A stretch of DNA of 63,371 nt. Origin: Mizuhopecten yessoensis (Eukaryota). The stretch's first letter is position 1. Each line of letters begins with the position of its first letter. This document shows, piece after piece, positions 52,540 through 63,371 of the stretch. The position numbers and the translations under genes are program-made. The DNA is taken from the NCBI RefSeq assembly GCF_002113885.1, contig NW_018408881.1, forward strand, positions 1,234,288-1,297,658, in the 5' to 3' direction. The notes below the pieces were generated by a model. It was not told where the DNA came from and ran no database searches. It saw only the letters and a program-made list of their open reading frames with translations.

Positions 52540-52889
52540 TTAAGGATCTCTGCTCCACAAAGAAAAAAATCATTGAAATGTACGTTTCTCCCAGCATGAA
52601 TTTATAGCTTTGAGATATAATTTTTGTAAAGAAAAACCATACCTTGCAGAACAATTATGATAAAACAAAGAGGAAATAAACAAAAAAATACCAACAAAAT
52701 TGTTGTGAATTACAGACTGGGGTTCGAACCTTAGACTTATATAATCATAGTGCTGGTCGTTGCTAGTACCCTGGCCCAGTTGTACTTCACTTCAAGCCAA
52801 GACAGAATTAAGGGGAGGTCACTGTATGTATAAAAAACTACAGTGGAGTTATCTAGTGTTTTGCCTGCAGTAGGGACAGGGATCCTTAA
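52540..52889 (-). mobile_element. Same TTAA family, copy 3
   Basis: TTAAGGATCTCTGCTCCAC...GCAGTAGGGACAGGGATCCTTAA; internal AAAACCATACCTTGCAG and GGGGTTCGAACC. Confidence 0.75.
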
Positions 52890-54146
52890 GAATGGTGTTT
52901 ATATAGTACTTTGATGTCCTGTTTTAGGCTATGCTATATGGTGAAGTTAACTTGTGGAAAAAATATTTTGATAAGATCTGAAGATTGTTGGATACTTTTT
53001 CCAGCTTCGTGACTATTATTATATATATGGCGAACCTCAACAATATCAGTAATTGATTTTCTATATCGGTGAATGGTGAAATAATTGATCCAGAAATAAA
53101 TTGTGTTGTAAAAATATCCCACCATCATCGTTGACTATATTATGTTACTATCATTTAAGTTAAGCTTGGAATATTTATCTTTAATGAACACTGATACCTA
53201 TTGTACTGGAATTTTAGCTGTAAGTCTAAATGTTTAAATTCCTACAAAACAATACTGTACTTTTCAAAGCATGGTTACCCTAAAACAGAATTTTCGCTGA
53301 ATTTTAAAATCAAGGTATTGTTTTAATGCAGTAAAAAACATTGAAAAAAAAAAGGAATCTATTGAATTGCATCGTGCTGACTTCTTTTTTTCAACTTCCA
53401 TGTTGATGAAAGTAGAAATACAGACAAAATGAATACACTAGTATTTGCTGTTAAGCTGTGGCGGTATCTAGTCCTATTATAGACAAAGTCTATAGGTTTA
53501 TGAATGGAAACCTTACCAATGTATGTTTGGTGTCAATGGGGGATCGGATTGAGTAGGATCAGCTCAGCTAATTCCTATATCTTGATGACTGGGTCGGTTG
53601 TTTACTTTGACAGTAGTTGGTATATTGGATACATACATGGTGGAATTGAGCTGTAATAGCCGATAAAATTATGTTACCAGTATTTTCAAAATGTTCGTGT
53701 TTGATGACCGGAACCTGCATACCCTTTTTAAATATTGATTGTTTATTTTTCAAAGGGATTTTTGTTGTAGAGTTATGTTATAAAGACAGTCCAGGCTGTC
53801 ACAAAACACACATGTATGCACAATCATGCAAACATATGCTGAACAAGACCATTTTAGCTACCAGGGGGAGTGGGTGGGGGGTNTTCCACCAAATATTAAG
53901 GTTGTAATATTTGTCGAGGGATAAAGCTGTGCTCTAGCTGTTCCAAACTCTGTGCCCCAATTGCCTCTCCCCCTCCCCCTTCCCCCCACCATCCAGCTCT
54001 CCCCCCACCCCCTCACTCTTCTCCTATACTCTGTCATTCATATAAATTTATTTTTTATTTATTTTTTCACTAACTTGTATGTTTATTAAGGATTATTTCA
54101 CCAGCATATTATCTCAGATACATGCAAATTTCGCTTATTTTTCTTT

Positions 54147-54241
54147 TTAACTCATTCACCCCTATATTTTTAAATTGAATTTGCTCTGTCTTTGATTTGG
54201 TAAGGTTCAAATGTGACTTAAGGGGTGATCGAATGGGTTAA
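54147..54241 (+). mobile_element. 91-bp-family TTAA MITE, subfamily 1
   Basis: TTAACTCATTCACCCCT...GAATGGGTTAA. Confidence 0.8.
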
Positions 54242-57200
54242 CTTAAATTAATTTTTGCATATTTTAATTAAGACAAAGAACCATTACTCAAAGTAATGCC
54301 AACATTTTGTTGGTTTCGGTTTAAAGATTTAGCTCGTACATTTTTTTTTTTTTACCAACTTCAACATAATATTTACAAATAATCTTGAGTTGAACAACTT
54401 GTATGTAACGGCTGTTTGTATGGAGCTGATCCGATCATCCTGCGAACAATACAACAATACATATATATATATATAATAAATATCTGGCCTGTCATAATAC
54501 CGGAATAGGATTACAATATCATACAAATATGTTATACACTGAAAAATGGGACCTATTGATTTAATTCTTCGTATGAATATATTGTGTATTTTTTAACCTA
54601 GAAACAAGGCCTCTTCCGATTGGCTATTTCTGGCTATCGGCTACACGTATATATAAACACTGCATTGGTTTTTAAAATCTAAATAGGTGTTTATTGAAAA
54701 TATTATATCATGCATTAAATAGAGTCAAGCTTCGTACAACAAAAGGTAGTATTATTTATGTGTTTATACACCACCATACACCCTGGACGATTATGAAAAC
54801 TAATTATTTACTATCGGGGCTTAAGGAAACCAGGTTGGTATGTAACAAGAGTTTCATAATAAACCTCGCAGGAATTTCGGACAAAGCTTTACCGGAGAGA
54901 AAGGTGATTCCGGATTTGAGGACAACAGCTGGAGGAAATGAATTTTCATCAGCAAAGTCATCAAGATGTTTTCATTGAAACTGTTTTGTCAAGAGAAATT
55001 TTGGAGGCGAGTAGTTTAAAACAGTACACGATCATGACTTGAGGAATTTTAGTGCGAGGAAATAGTGTTGCTTGAACTATATGGCGGATGTATTTGAAAT
55101 CCACCAGCATGTACTTAAAGCAGTTTTGAACATGTAACTGAAAAAAAAGATTTCTGGATATAATTATATGAATCATCATTTTCATTAACCATTAATGTGT
55201 ATTTAAGTTATTTTCAAATTCACCTCCGGGGAAATACCCTACCAGTGTCCAGGTATATGGGACATGCGGGGTATTGATTTCCGTACCTTTACGATGTATT
55301 AAAGGCGATTATATATTGACTGAACGTTTATTAGCTGGAAGAGTTGCCATATGTGTGTTTGTAAAGTTTAATGAGTGTACATGAAGTTGTAACATAACAG
55401 AACAGGACACGGGAGAACAAACACTGGAGAACAAACACGGACAGCACTCGGGTACAAATCTTACCTGTCTGTATCTTACCTGGAGCTCGTTAAGGTAGAT
55501 ATATATCCCTATCTACCTGTCGGATGTTCTAATTGCTTAGACGTCATTGGATGTTTGCAGAATTCCATCCTGATAAAGTTTCCAGGTAAACATGAAGAGA
55601 TGGATTCCTATCTTTATCCAAAGACGTGACTAAATGACGATCGCAAATATCTGTCCCAGTTAATCTTATCTGCAGTGAACCAACCGTATGTGCATGATTG
55701 TACGTAATAACATTAACTGTATTGGAAAACCAGCTTTATTATAGTATGTGTTTCAAACAACTGCTTTGGAATATCAAGTCTGAAGAGAAATCTTAAAACT
55801 ATATCTGTGTGCTACATTATAATTACTGGTTGAACCTGATATGCTGATCAATTCCACTTTGTTTTTATTTGGAGAACATTCAACGTATCGTGTATGAACT
55901 GTGTTATGGTTCAAGGTGGTGGATTATTAGGGTCAGATGTGTGGAACTGAAACGTATTCCGGGATATAAAGTAGCTTAAAGCACAACAATGGAAATTTGT
56001 GAAATCGCAAGTCATGGCTACACATGTGTGTGACTGTTTTCTTCAGTGAAGGTTTGACCAACTTTACCTGTGTTTAGTGGGGGTGCCAGGAAAGTACCCA
56101 CACGAGGACACTGCGGGGTCAACGTAATTTTGGATCCTCCTCGTTATAGGTCAACAATGTCGTTGTGAGGTCATCCGTACAGGAATTCATCATCATCAGC
56201 TGTGCTCTAGTTTATAATTACATAGAGATCTGGAATTCTAAGACCTGCGGTGGTCAAAACTTCTGACATGGGAACAGAGGCTGAATATTCCAGGATTTAA
56301 TAGTTTTATTAAATATTGAATTTCGTCTTCATGGATTATGCAATTTCTGGATATTTCTTTTGACTTTTAACTGATACGCCTTAGTTTTGAGGCAATGACA
56401 TTTTTTCATCATAAAATAATTGAGTTTCATGATAAGGCGATACCATTTAAAATGGAAACTTAAAATATCCTCAAAGTATTTTTGGAAAACTTTTTTTCAT
56501 ACTTTCTCATCTTCTACAATTACATCTAATATACAATAAGCGAAATATTCTAGAAACAAAATTTTACATTAAATGCTATAAACACATCATCCAATAGCTC
56601 TTTAAGTTTCCTCTATCCCATCGATATTCAAGTGCAAAAAACAAAGAAGTTAGAAAAATGAATATTTCGTCATGATGATTTTTTGAGGGACTTCTGTCTA
56701 CTGCTGTTACGGAATATCAATTCCTGGGTTAGGTCACGAAGGACATCGCTTAAAGTCATGCCATCCTACGTAGCTACAGATGCTGACACGGAGTTCATTG
56801 ACTAATGAAGGTTCTGTCTGTACCGAGTTTATCCTCTGGGAATATATGTAATGTTAATTGGAACTGGAAGCCACGCTAGCAGACCCAATACTTAGACATT
56901 CCGTCAACGTTTGTTTATTGAATTTGTAACATTTTAAAACTTTCCTACCTGTTTTTAGCCTCCAGAGGCTCGGCATTGTGTGACGAATCTGATAAACTAC
57001 GCCAGGTTAAATGGTGCATTGCCTTTGAGGAAAATACTATTAACGCAATTTTTCATAAGGATTAAAAGCTTACTTTGTAACGCCATGGAGAATTTTTAAG
57101 AGTTCTGAACTTGCAGTTGGAATTTATCAATTGGAATTACACATGCAGAGGATTATTCAAACCAACAGAGGTTTTCCTGATATTTGAACAGTAGTAAGAT

Positions 57201-57754
57201 TGGATAGGTACTAGCTTGATCAGCTAAGTGATACAATGACCACAATTTTTAAATGTGGTGATTGAAATCTACGAATGTGAAATATAACGTGTGATATATA
57301 CATTTCATCAAAAGTGCAAATGTCGTCTGGATCCTTATCCCTGTTTGTGCATGGGATTCACAAAATACATGGAAATACAAATCAATAAAGTGGAATTGCT
57401 AATCGCATATAACACAATGCATGAATTGTTTAGCAGGAAGTCGGTAAAGATTCTAACTGTGGATCATTTTAAGTCATAATACGTAATTCTATTTCGTTAC
57501 TACATGGATTACTTTAAGTGCAAACGTTATAGTGATTCCGAAAGAATTAAGGACTTAATAATTGGAATCATATTCTTTTGTGCCTTGAAGGATTTTTGGG
57601 TGGATCTTTTTATTTTTGACATATAATTGGAAATAAAAAAGATGAAATGTTTACGAAGAAATTTAAGCCGATACGAAGGACCTTTATTGGAGGTTGACAG
57701 TACCTATGCATAAATGACACGATTAAAAAACAAATTTGCGAGGAAGATTTGACA

Positions 57755-57907
57755 ATGCCTTCTAATTTGGGTTCAGTTATGAGAAGTTCGGGTTTAGCAC
57801 CGAAACCCCTTCAGCGTCACTCCTACCAGCCCGGACACTACAATCAGGGGCGGGGCAATGCTACGTCCTACATCAGTGTGTACAGGGCTGGGGTCATAGA
57901 GGAGCAT
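57755..57907 (+). CDS. Candidate alternative first coding exon (MPSNLGSVMRSSGLAPKPLQRHSYQPGHYNQGRGNATSYISVYRAGVIEEH)
   Basis: ACAATG start, locally GC-rich 51 codons, phase-0 consensus donor CAT|GTAAGT. Too short to appear in the ORF track. Confidence 0.6.
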
Positions 57908-58080
57908 GTAAGTTTGTGTCCGTAATATACAAGAGGACCTCTCTAAACTGGACTCTGTGTAATGTAGTAACCTGTACCTTTAGGTCATAAGTCTATAAGT
58001 GAATGATGCCCTATGCATGTTGATTGATTCAAACAAGTTTCACTCTACTACACAGTGTAAGTTGGTAGGTGATATTGTGG

Positions 58081-58171
58081 TTAACCCATTCACCCCTAAA
58101 TTTTCATTTGAACTTTACCAAATCAAAGACTGGGCAAGTCCAGTTTAAATGTGTAGGGGTGAATGAGTGAA
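58081..58171 (-). mobile_element. 91-bp TTAA MITE, subfamily 1
   Basis: TTAACCCATTCACCCCT...AGGGGTGAATGAGTGAA. Confidence 0.8.
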
Positions 58172-58490
58172 GAAAGGATGCACTCGGGTATTAAGGGGTT
58201 GGGGGGAGGGGGAGGGGGGGGGAGAGGGTTGTCGTGAGGCAGTTGTTGATAAAATTGGGGATCAAGGGTAAAGATTTGAGTCAAAATCAAACATTATAGA
58301 GGCTTACATTATAAAAGTGTCAGTCTGGGTATGTTTAGGATACAAGAATTTTAAAATGAAATGGATAATCTAACTAGTAGGTGCGTCATGCATGTTTAAC
58401 ACAGATAATGTATGGTCAATATTAATATACTCTGTTCAGTGTGCACAACATCAGTAAAAATATCCATCGTATTAAGCATCAGCTTTTAAC

Positions 58491-58671
58491 TACCATACTT
58501 ATTCAACAATAAGTCCATGCCTGGTAATAAGCCCACCCATGTCAAATACATTTCAGTAGAAAATACTTAAAGATTAAATGCTATTTCATTCTGGCCTACA
58601 ATTAGCCCATCTCTTAGTTTGAGTTTAAGTGTGTTGGCCCCCAATGGGCTTATTGAAGGAAAAATATGGTA
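58491..58671. mobile_element. TA-flanked MITE (Tc1/mariner/pogo-like)
   Basis: TACCATACTTATTCAACAATAAG...CTTATTGAAGGAAAAATATGGTA. Confidence 0.65.
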
Positions 58672-59021
58672 TCCTGAAAAATGTATAAATGTTTATTCGA
58701 CCAAACTCCTGTTAGGTTGCCAGGTAAGGATTTATTATATTTTCTGTAGGTGGAGCAACCTGAAAACATTTGCTTTGTTCTGCATCAAGTGTTGACCTCT
58801 TGACCCTGGGTCATTTGTCTATGACATGATTACTGTGACACTATAAGTAGGGGCGACTCTGTGATACACCCTGACAGGCCCTTAAGGGAAGTTTTCTTAC
58901 AGGTCACATTCCTTACTATGTAAAAGATTCTGGAAACAAGTTATCCACTAAATATTCTGTACTAGCAGAGTGTAGTGTACTTATGATTTGATAAATCCTT
59001 GAAACAAAACGGAACATATAA

Positions 59022-59112
59022 TTAATTTATTCACCCCTGAAATTTCATAATGAACTATTCAAACCTTTGAATTGGAAGAGTTTAAATGTGTCTTCAGGGG
59101 TGAATGAGTTAA
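59022..59112 (+). mobile_element. 91-bp TTAA MITE, subfamily 2
   Basis: TTAA at both ends, same core. Confidence 0.85.
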
Positions 59113-59789
59113 TGGTAATTAACCTTGACCACCCCTACATACATCTAAAATATATTGTTTGCTATATTCAAAAATAGCTTACTGACACTTTTTCTGGATT
59201 AACAAGCAAATAGCATTTTAACGCAATTAAATTCCTGAATATTAATTACTGTCAACAAGGTGAAATAAAGTTTTTCATAGTTATTATTGTCAGTGTCAAC
59301 AGAAATCTTCAGGGTCTATGTACTTTTCCCTAATGGAACATGTACAAGAACAGTGCAATAGTTTTGCAACAACCTCAGCAAGTCGTTTTTTTCAAAACCA
59401 AAAAATACAGAAGCTGAAATGTTTATCATGTATTTCAGTGTAATGTGACCCCTATGGGCAATATTCGTAAAAAGAAAATGTTGTTCTAATATCGAGTAAA
59501 GTGATTTATGACATGTTTACACGATTTGTGGGGACGATACGTGGGAGACGGTGTGAGTAATGGGTGTCAGCCCGTCACAGGTGATGATAGAATGTCATCG
59601 TAGATCACAGGCCCCGTCACACGAAAAAATAGTGTGTCCCTGACACTCTCTATAGTATAGGTGGTCTTGTAGTGAGTGGTCAAAAAAGTGAGCTAGTTAA
59701 TTAATTGCTAAATGTCCCAGCAACAGTAAATATTTAAAACGTCATATTGGGGCTGACAACAATAATTACACTAACTGACATTACAAAAC

Positions 59790-60166
59790 GTGAAGTTCCC
59801 CGTACCACTGCCAAAAATTGTAACTACACATTGGAAACTGGTTTTTATCAATCATATAAATTATATAAATCATTTCTGAATAGAAAACCATACCTTGCAG
59901 GATTTTTATGAAAAATAATCAAGGTGAAATAAACAAATTACAATTTTAAAACAACTATGTTAGGAGTATTAACATTCAGAGGGGCTGGACCAGGAATCGA
60001 ACCCTGGACTCCAAGTTGTTATACTATCGCTCTAACCGACTCAGAGTTATCTGGTAAACTGAAGCATCTTGGCCAAAATTTGCTTCAGCTATATCTACAG
60101 AATGAAATTAAAGGGAGGTAACTCTATATATTAAAAACCACAGCACAGAGGAACTTAGATGCTTAA
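59790..60166 (-). mobile_element. Same TTAA family, copy 4
   Basis: CCACTGCCAAAAATTGTAACT, AAAACCATACCTTGCAGG, CTGGACCAGGAATCGAACCCTGGACTC..CTCTAACCGACT. Confidence 0.7.
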
Positions 60167-61299
60167 TCCACCAAAATAGGCTGAAGGTTAAAAGGTTGAA
60201 ATCAGTTCATATATTCCACATGGCAGTGGTCTTAAATGAGTCCCCTGTATTAGCCCTGTAGTGGTCTATTGCTAGCTTATATAGAAGTTAAATTTCACCA
60301 GTACTAAAAATTTCAAATCCTATGGTTTTAATAGAACATTTTCACGTAAATATTAAAAAATCTTTCACAAAACAATTTTACAGTATTTTGATATCGGGCA
60401 AATTTTGTCATAGTTCTCTGAGGTTACAAGAATATATGAGTATAATACCTAAAAAAAATAATTAATTGATTTGTTACCAAATTATTACTTTGACATACTA
60501 TGTCTCCGTTATTTTGTGTGCTTCAATTTTGAATTAATCTTATGCAAAATTGTATCGTGGGATATGTTGTTGAAATTGACTGATAAAAATTGAGAATCTG
60601 TTGATTAAAATTATGCGAAGTTTAATGTATTCTCGGTACTAAATAAGATGATTGTGAAATTTAATGTACAGTCGATAAAAAACCTAGAAGTAATTATTAT
60701 ATACAAGGGAACAGATGTGATAGTGTGTTTTATATTGGTATATTTAGGGCCTGTCTTTGGTCAGCCAATAGGAGGATGTTCAGGGGAAGTTTCCAAGTTT
60801 CCCGGAATTGATGGGGACAGGAAAATACGTGTTTTGTTTAGGGAAAACTGCAGGTTTTGGATATCAGTTTTCTGAAAACATATTTTTTACTATGGATCCC
60901 AAACTATCTCTTATCCTTTGATATGAATTAAAGGTGTATTTTCCAAATTTCATTTGATATTTTCCCTGTTTGAATCGTTGAAATTTATTTACTGCTATTT
61001 GAGGAAATGTAAGAAGATACACAAAAACTATCTAGGGATTGAAAAATGTGTAATGAGAATATTATGTTACGGTAGTTGTTATGGTCTGTGAAAATATACA
61101 TATTTTTCAAATTTAGAGAAAAAAGTACACAACTGCGATAAAAAGGATGAGAAAATCAATGTATGAGTTTTAGTGTTTGATGTGATGGTATCAACTGTTC
61201 TATAAGCCAAACACGTCTGGCTTTGGACGTAGATAAATCTGTGTCCACATGTCGTATGTTTGTTAAAGATTCCATGTATACTTATAGACATACTTGGTA

Positions 61300-62140
61300 T
61301 TACAGGTTGTCATTCAACACTCTGGTATTCCTATATATACAGACTGTAGCTTTGGACAGGTTGTCAAATTGAAGACACAGTGTCGGAATTTCAGAATTTT
61401 TAAGTGTTCAACCAAACCTGACCCACTCCCGTCAATTTCCACTAGAAATTTGTTTAGCTCATATTTCTTTATTCAGACCCCAGTGGTGTTAATATTATGA
61501 CAGATAAGTGGTCTTCTAACCCTTTCACCACTGTAGACCATAATGGACTCTTCCAAAATTATGCATGGTAGAGTTCGCTCAAGTTACATAGGGGTGAAAG
61601 GGCTAATATACAAGTTGTCATCCAAAATAGAGTTCTTACTTTAGGCAGCAAGGGCGTCTCTTCAATGTCTTAGTATGAGAAGGTTATGCATAAGGTCCTC
61701 TAAAGGCAGGTTGTCATTGAAAACAGGTAAATTTTCTATAGGCAGGCCAATAATATATATTCATATTGTTTTTACACTCAGAACATTGTTACTGGTAGTT
61801 AGTTTATTTCATCTGTATTATTTCTCATAAATTTACCGCAAGGTATGGTTTTCTTTCAGAAATTATCCTCTTAAATGCAGGTTGTCATTCAAAATAGATT
61901 CTCCTTTATTTGCAGTTTGTCACTCAAGTGAGGTCGTTTCCAACAACTAAGATTGTCATTCAGAATTGGTGGTCTTACTCTATGCTTGTTTTATATTTAA
62001 GATGTTAATAAAGGCAGATAATTGGACGTGGTATTCGTAGAGGCAAGTTGCTGTCTTTTAAAGTTGTTAAATAGACAGACAGGTGTTTTGAAATCCTAGC
62101 TGTATAAGAAGGTTGTTTCACAAGACAAGCCATCTTTGAC
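61300..62140. repeat. Degenerate repeat with a recurring CAGGTTGTCATTCAA core
   Basis: Core seen near 61303, 61357, 61612, 61708, 61878, 61912 and 61950. Confidence 0.55.
61516..61606 (+). mobile_element. 91-bp TTAA MITE, subfamily 3
   Basis: Same TIR and core as the 23251 copy. Confidence 0.8.
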
Positions 62141-62890
62141 AGTTTATTAAAATTATAACAGGATTTCTCCTATACTTTCAGATTAAATGGCACATTTATT
62201 CAATTAATCAGATTTCAGCTATCAAGTTGACAAATCGGGTGTTGGTGTGTTTAATCTGTACATGGATATAGTGAGATTATTGATGAACGGTCCCCACATG
62301 TGTTACACCTGCAGTGACTAATAGTTTGTTTTTATGGTTTAAGGATGCTCAGCCCTCACCTTGTCACTAATTATTTTAAGGATGCAGGTCCATTTGTTTA
62401 AGAACAGTAAATTAATGTCATTTCCTCCAAAGAAATGGTCACTGATTTTTTTTTGTCCTTTAGTATTTTAAAATCTGATGGTTTTTACTTTTAGCCTGCA
62501 TATCAGTGCTGGTTTTATATATTGTCAGTTGTCCAAGCATGGAAGCTAAGAAAAGACATAACTTGCTTCAACTTTTAAGCATTAATAGCCTAGCTATGGT
62601 TATTTTTGCAGGACAATGAAATAACACTTTATAGGTTATGTGTAAAAAAGGTTTTCTTAAGAATGAAATTTTTGGTATATGAAACAATATCTTTTTTTAA
62701 ATTACCAAATGGCTAATGATTCACACATGATATTGCAACTTATTGGGAAAAAACATAATTTTTAATCATTCTTATCTGGACAGAGTAGTAAATAAAATAT
62801 TATCTTATAATTAAAAGATGTTTGATTTGAAGAAAAATATGTATAAAATATAATATATATCAACAAAACTTATCATTTCTTTATTGTGGA

Positions 62891-63058
62891 TTCAGAGCTA
62901 ATGTACAAAAAATTCAAATTTTTGCTTTTTATCTAATTTTACCTGAGATTGAACAACTTATTTTAAAGGTTTCATTTCTTCCTTGTAAATTCAGAGTTAA
63001 TGTGCAAAAAATTCAATATCATGCCTTTTACCTAGTTTACCTGAGATTGAACAACTTA
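62891..63058. repeat. Local direct duplication (~70 bp, period ~100 bp)
   Basis: TTCAGAGYTAATGTRCAAAAAATTCAA...TTTACCTGAGATTGAACAACTTA occurs twice. Confidence 0.85.
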
Positions 63059-63371
63059 AGGGCTATTATATGGCCATTATAAGTCATCAAATTGAGTCAT
63101 TTCTCACAAATGAATTTATACCTGTTTTTATCACCGCATCCATAATACTCCAGATTTCCGTGTGTGACTGAATGGTGGTTTTTTTTACAGTGTAGTAAAT
63201 TAAATATTTAGTTTAGCATGAGCTGCCCTGAGCTGGGAGAGATATTGAGTTGTATAGCAGTCTTATAATACACAGTTGTGCATGCCTGACAGCGTTATAC
63301 AAATAGGAACAGAACAGCTAGGGGGCTGAATCATACGAATCGTTCTGAAGTTGACTTAATTGTTGATTATA

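Noticed and set aside
136-61500. Remaining 60-120-aa ORFs in the track
   Set aside because: Composition matches random AT-rich DNA or repeats, many have non-ATG starts, and I recognised no domains.

Overview
AT-rich, gene-sparse, repeat-rich eukaryotic DNA. The SINE and HINE-type repeats resemble those of marine molluscs (probably a bivalve); this is an inference. Most of the window appears to be the 5' part of one large + strand gene. It has a 1.04-kb coiled-coil coding exon (7494-8534) resembling the N-terminus of RIMS-binding protein/JAKMIP-type proteins. This is followed by several short ATG-initiated candidate alternative first exons (32890, 33816, 40502, 45894, 57755) that all end at phase-0 GT donors. 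I saw no shared downstream exon in the window. Dense CAGGTA/CAGGTG clusters lie upstream of three of these exons. Nested on the - strand is a 297-aa orphan ORF (24167-25060) with eleven ~12-aa repeats, two CxxC motifs, an EPIYA motif and an EDIYEDI motif, next to a decayed L1/Tx1-type endonuclease fragment. The rest is minisatellites (33, 32, 40, 19, 17, 11 bp), tRNA-derived SINEs, a HINE/Helentron-type element and several MITE families. There is no CRISPR array, rRNA or genuine tRNA gene. All calls are by eye; no searches were run.
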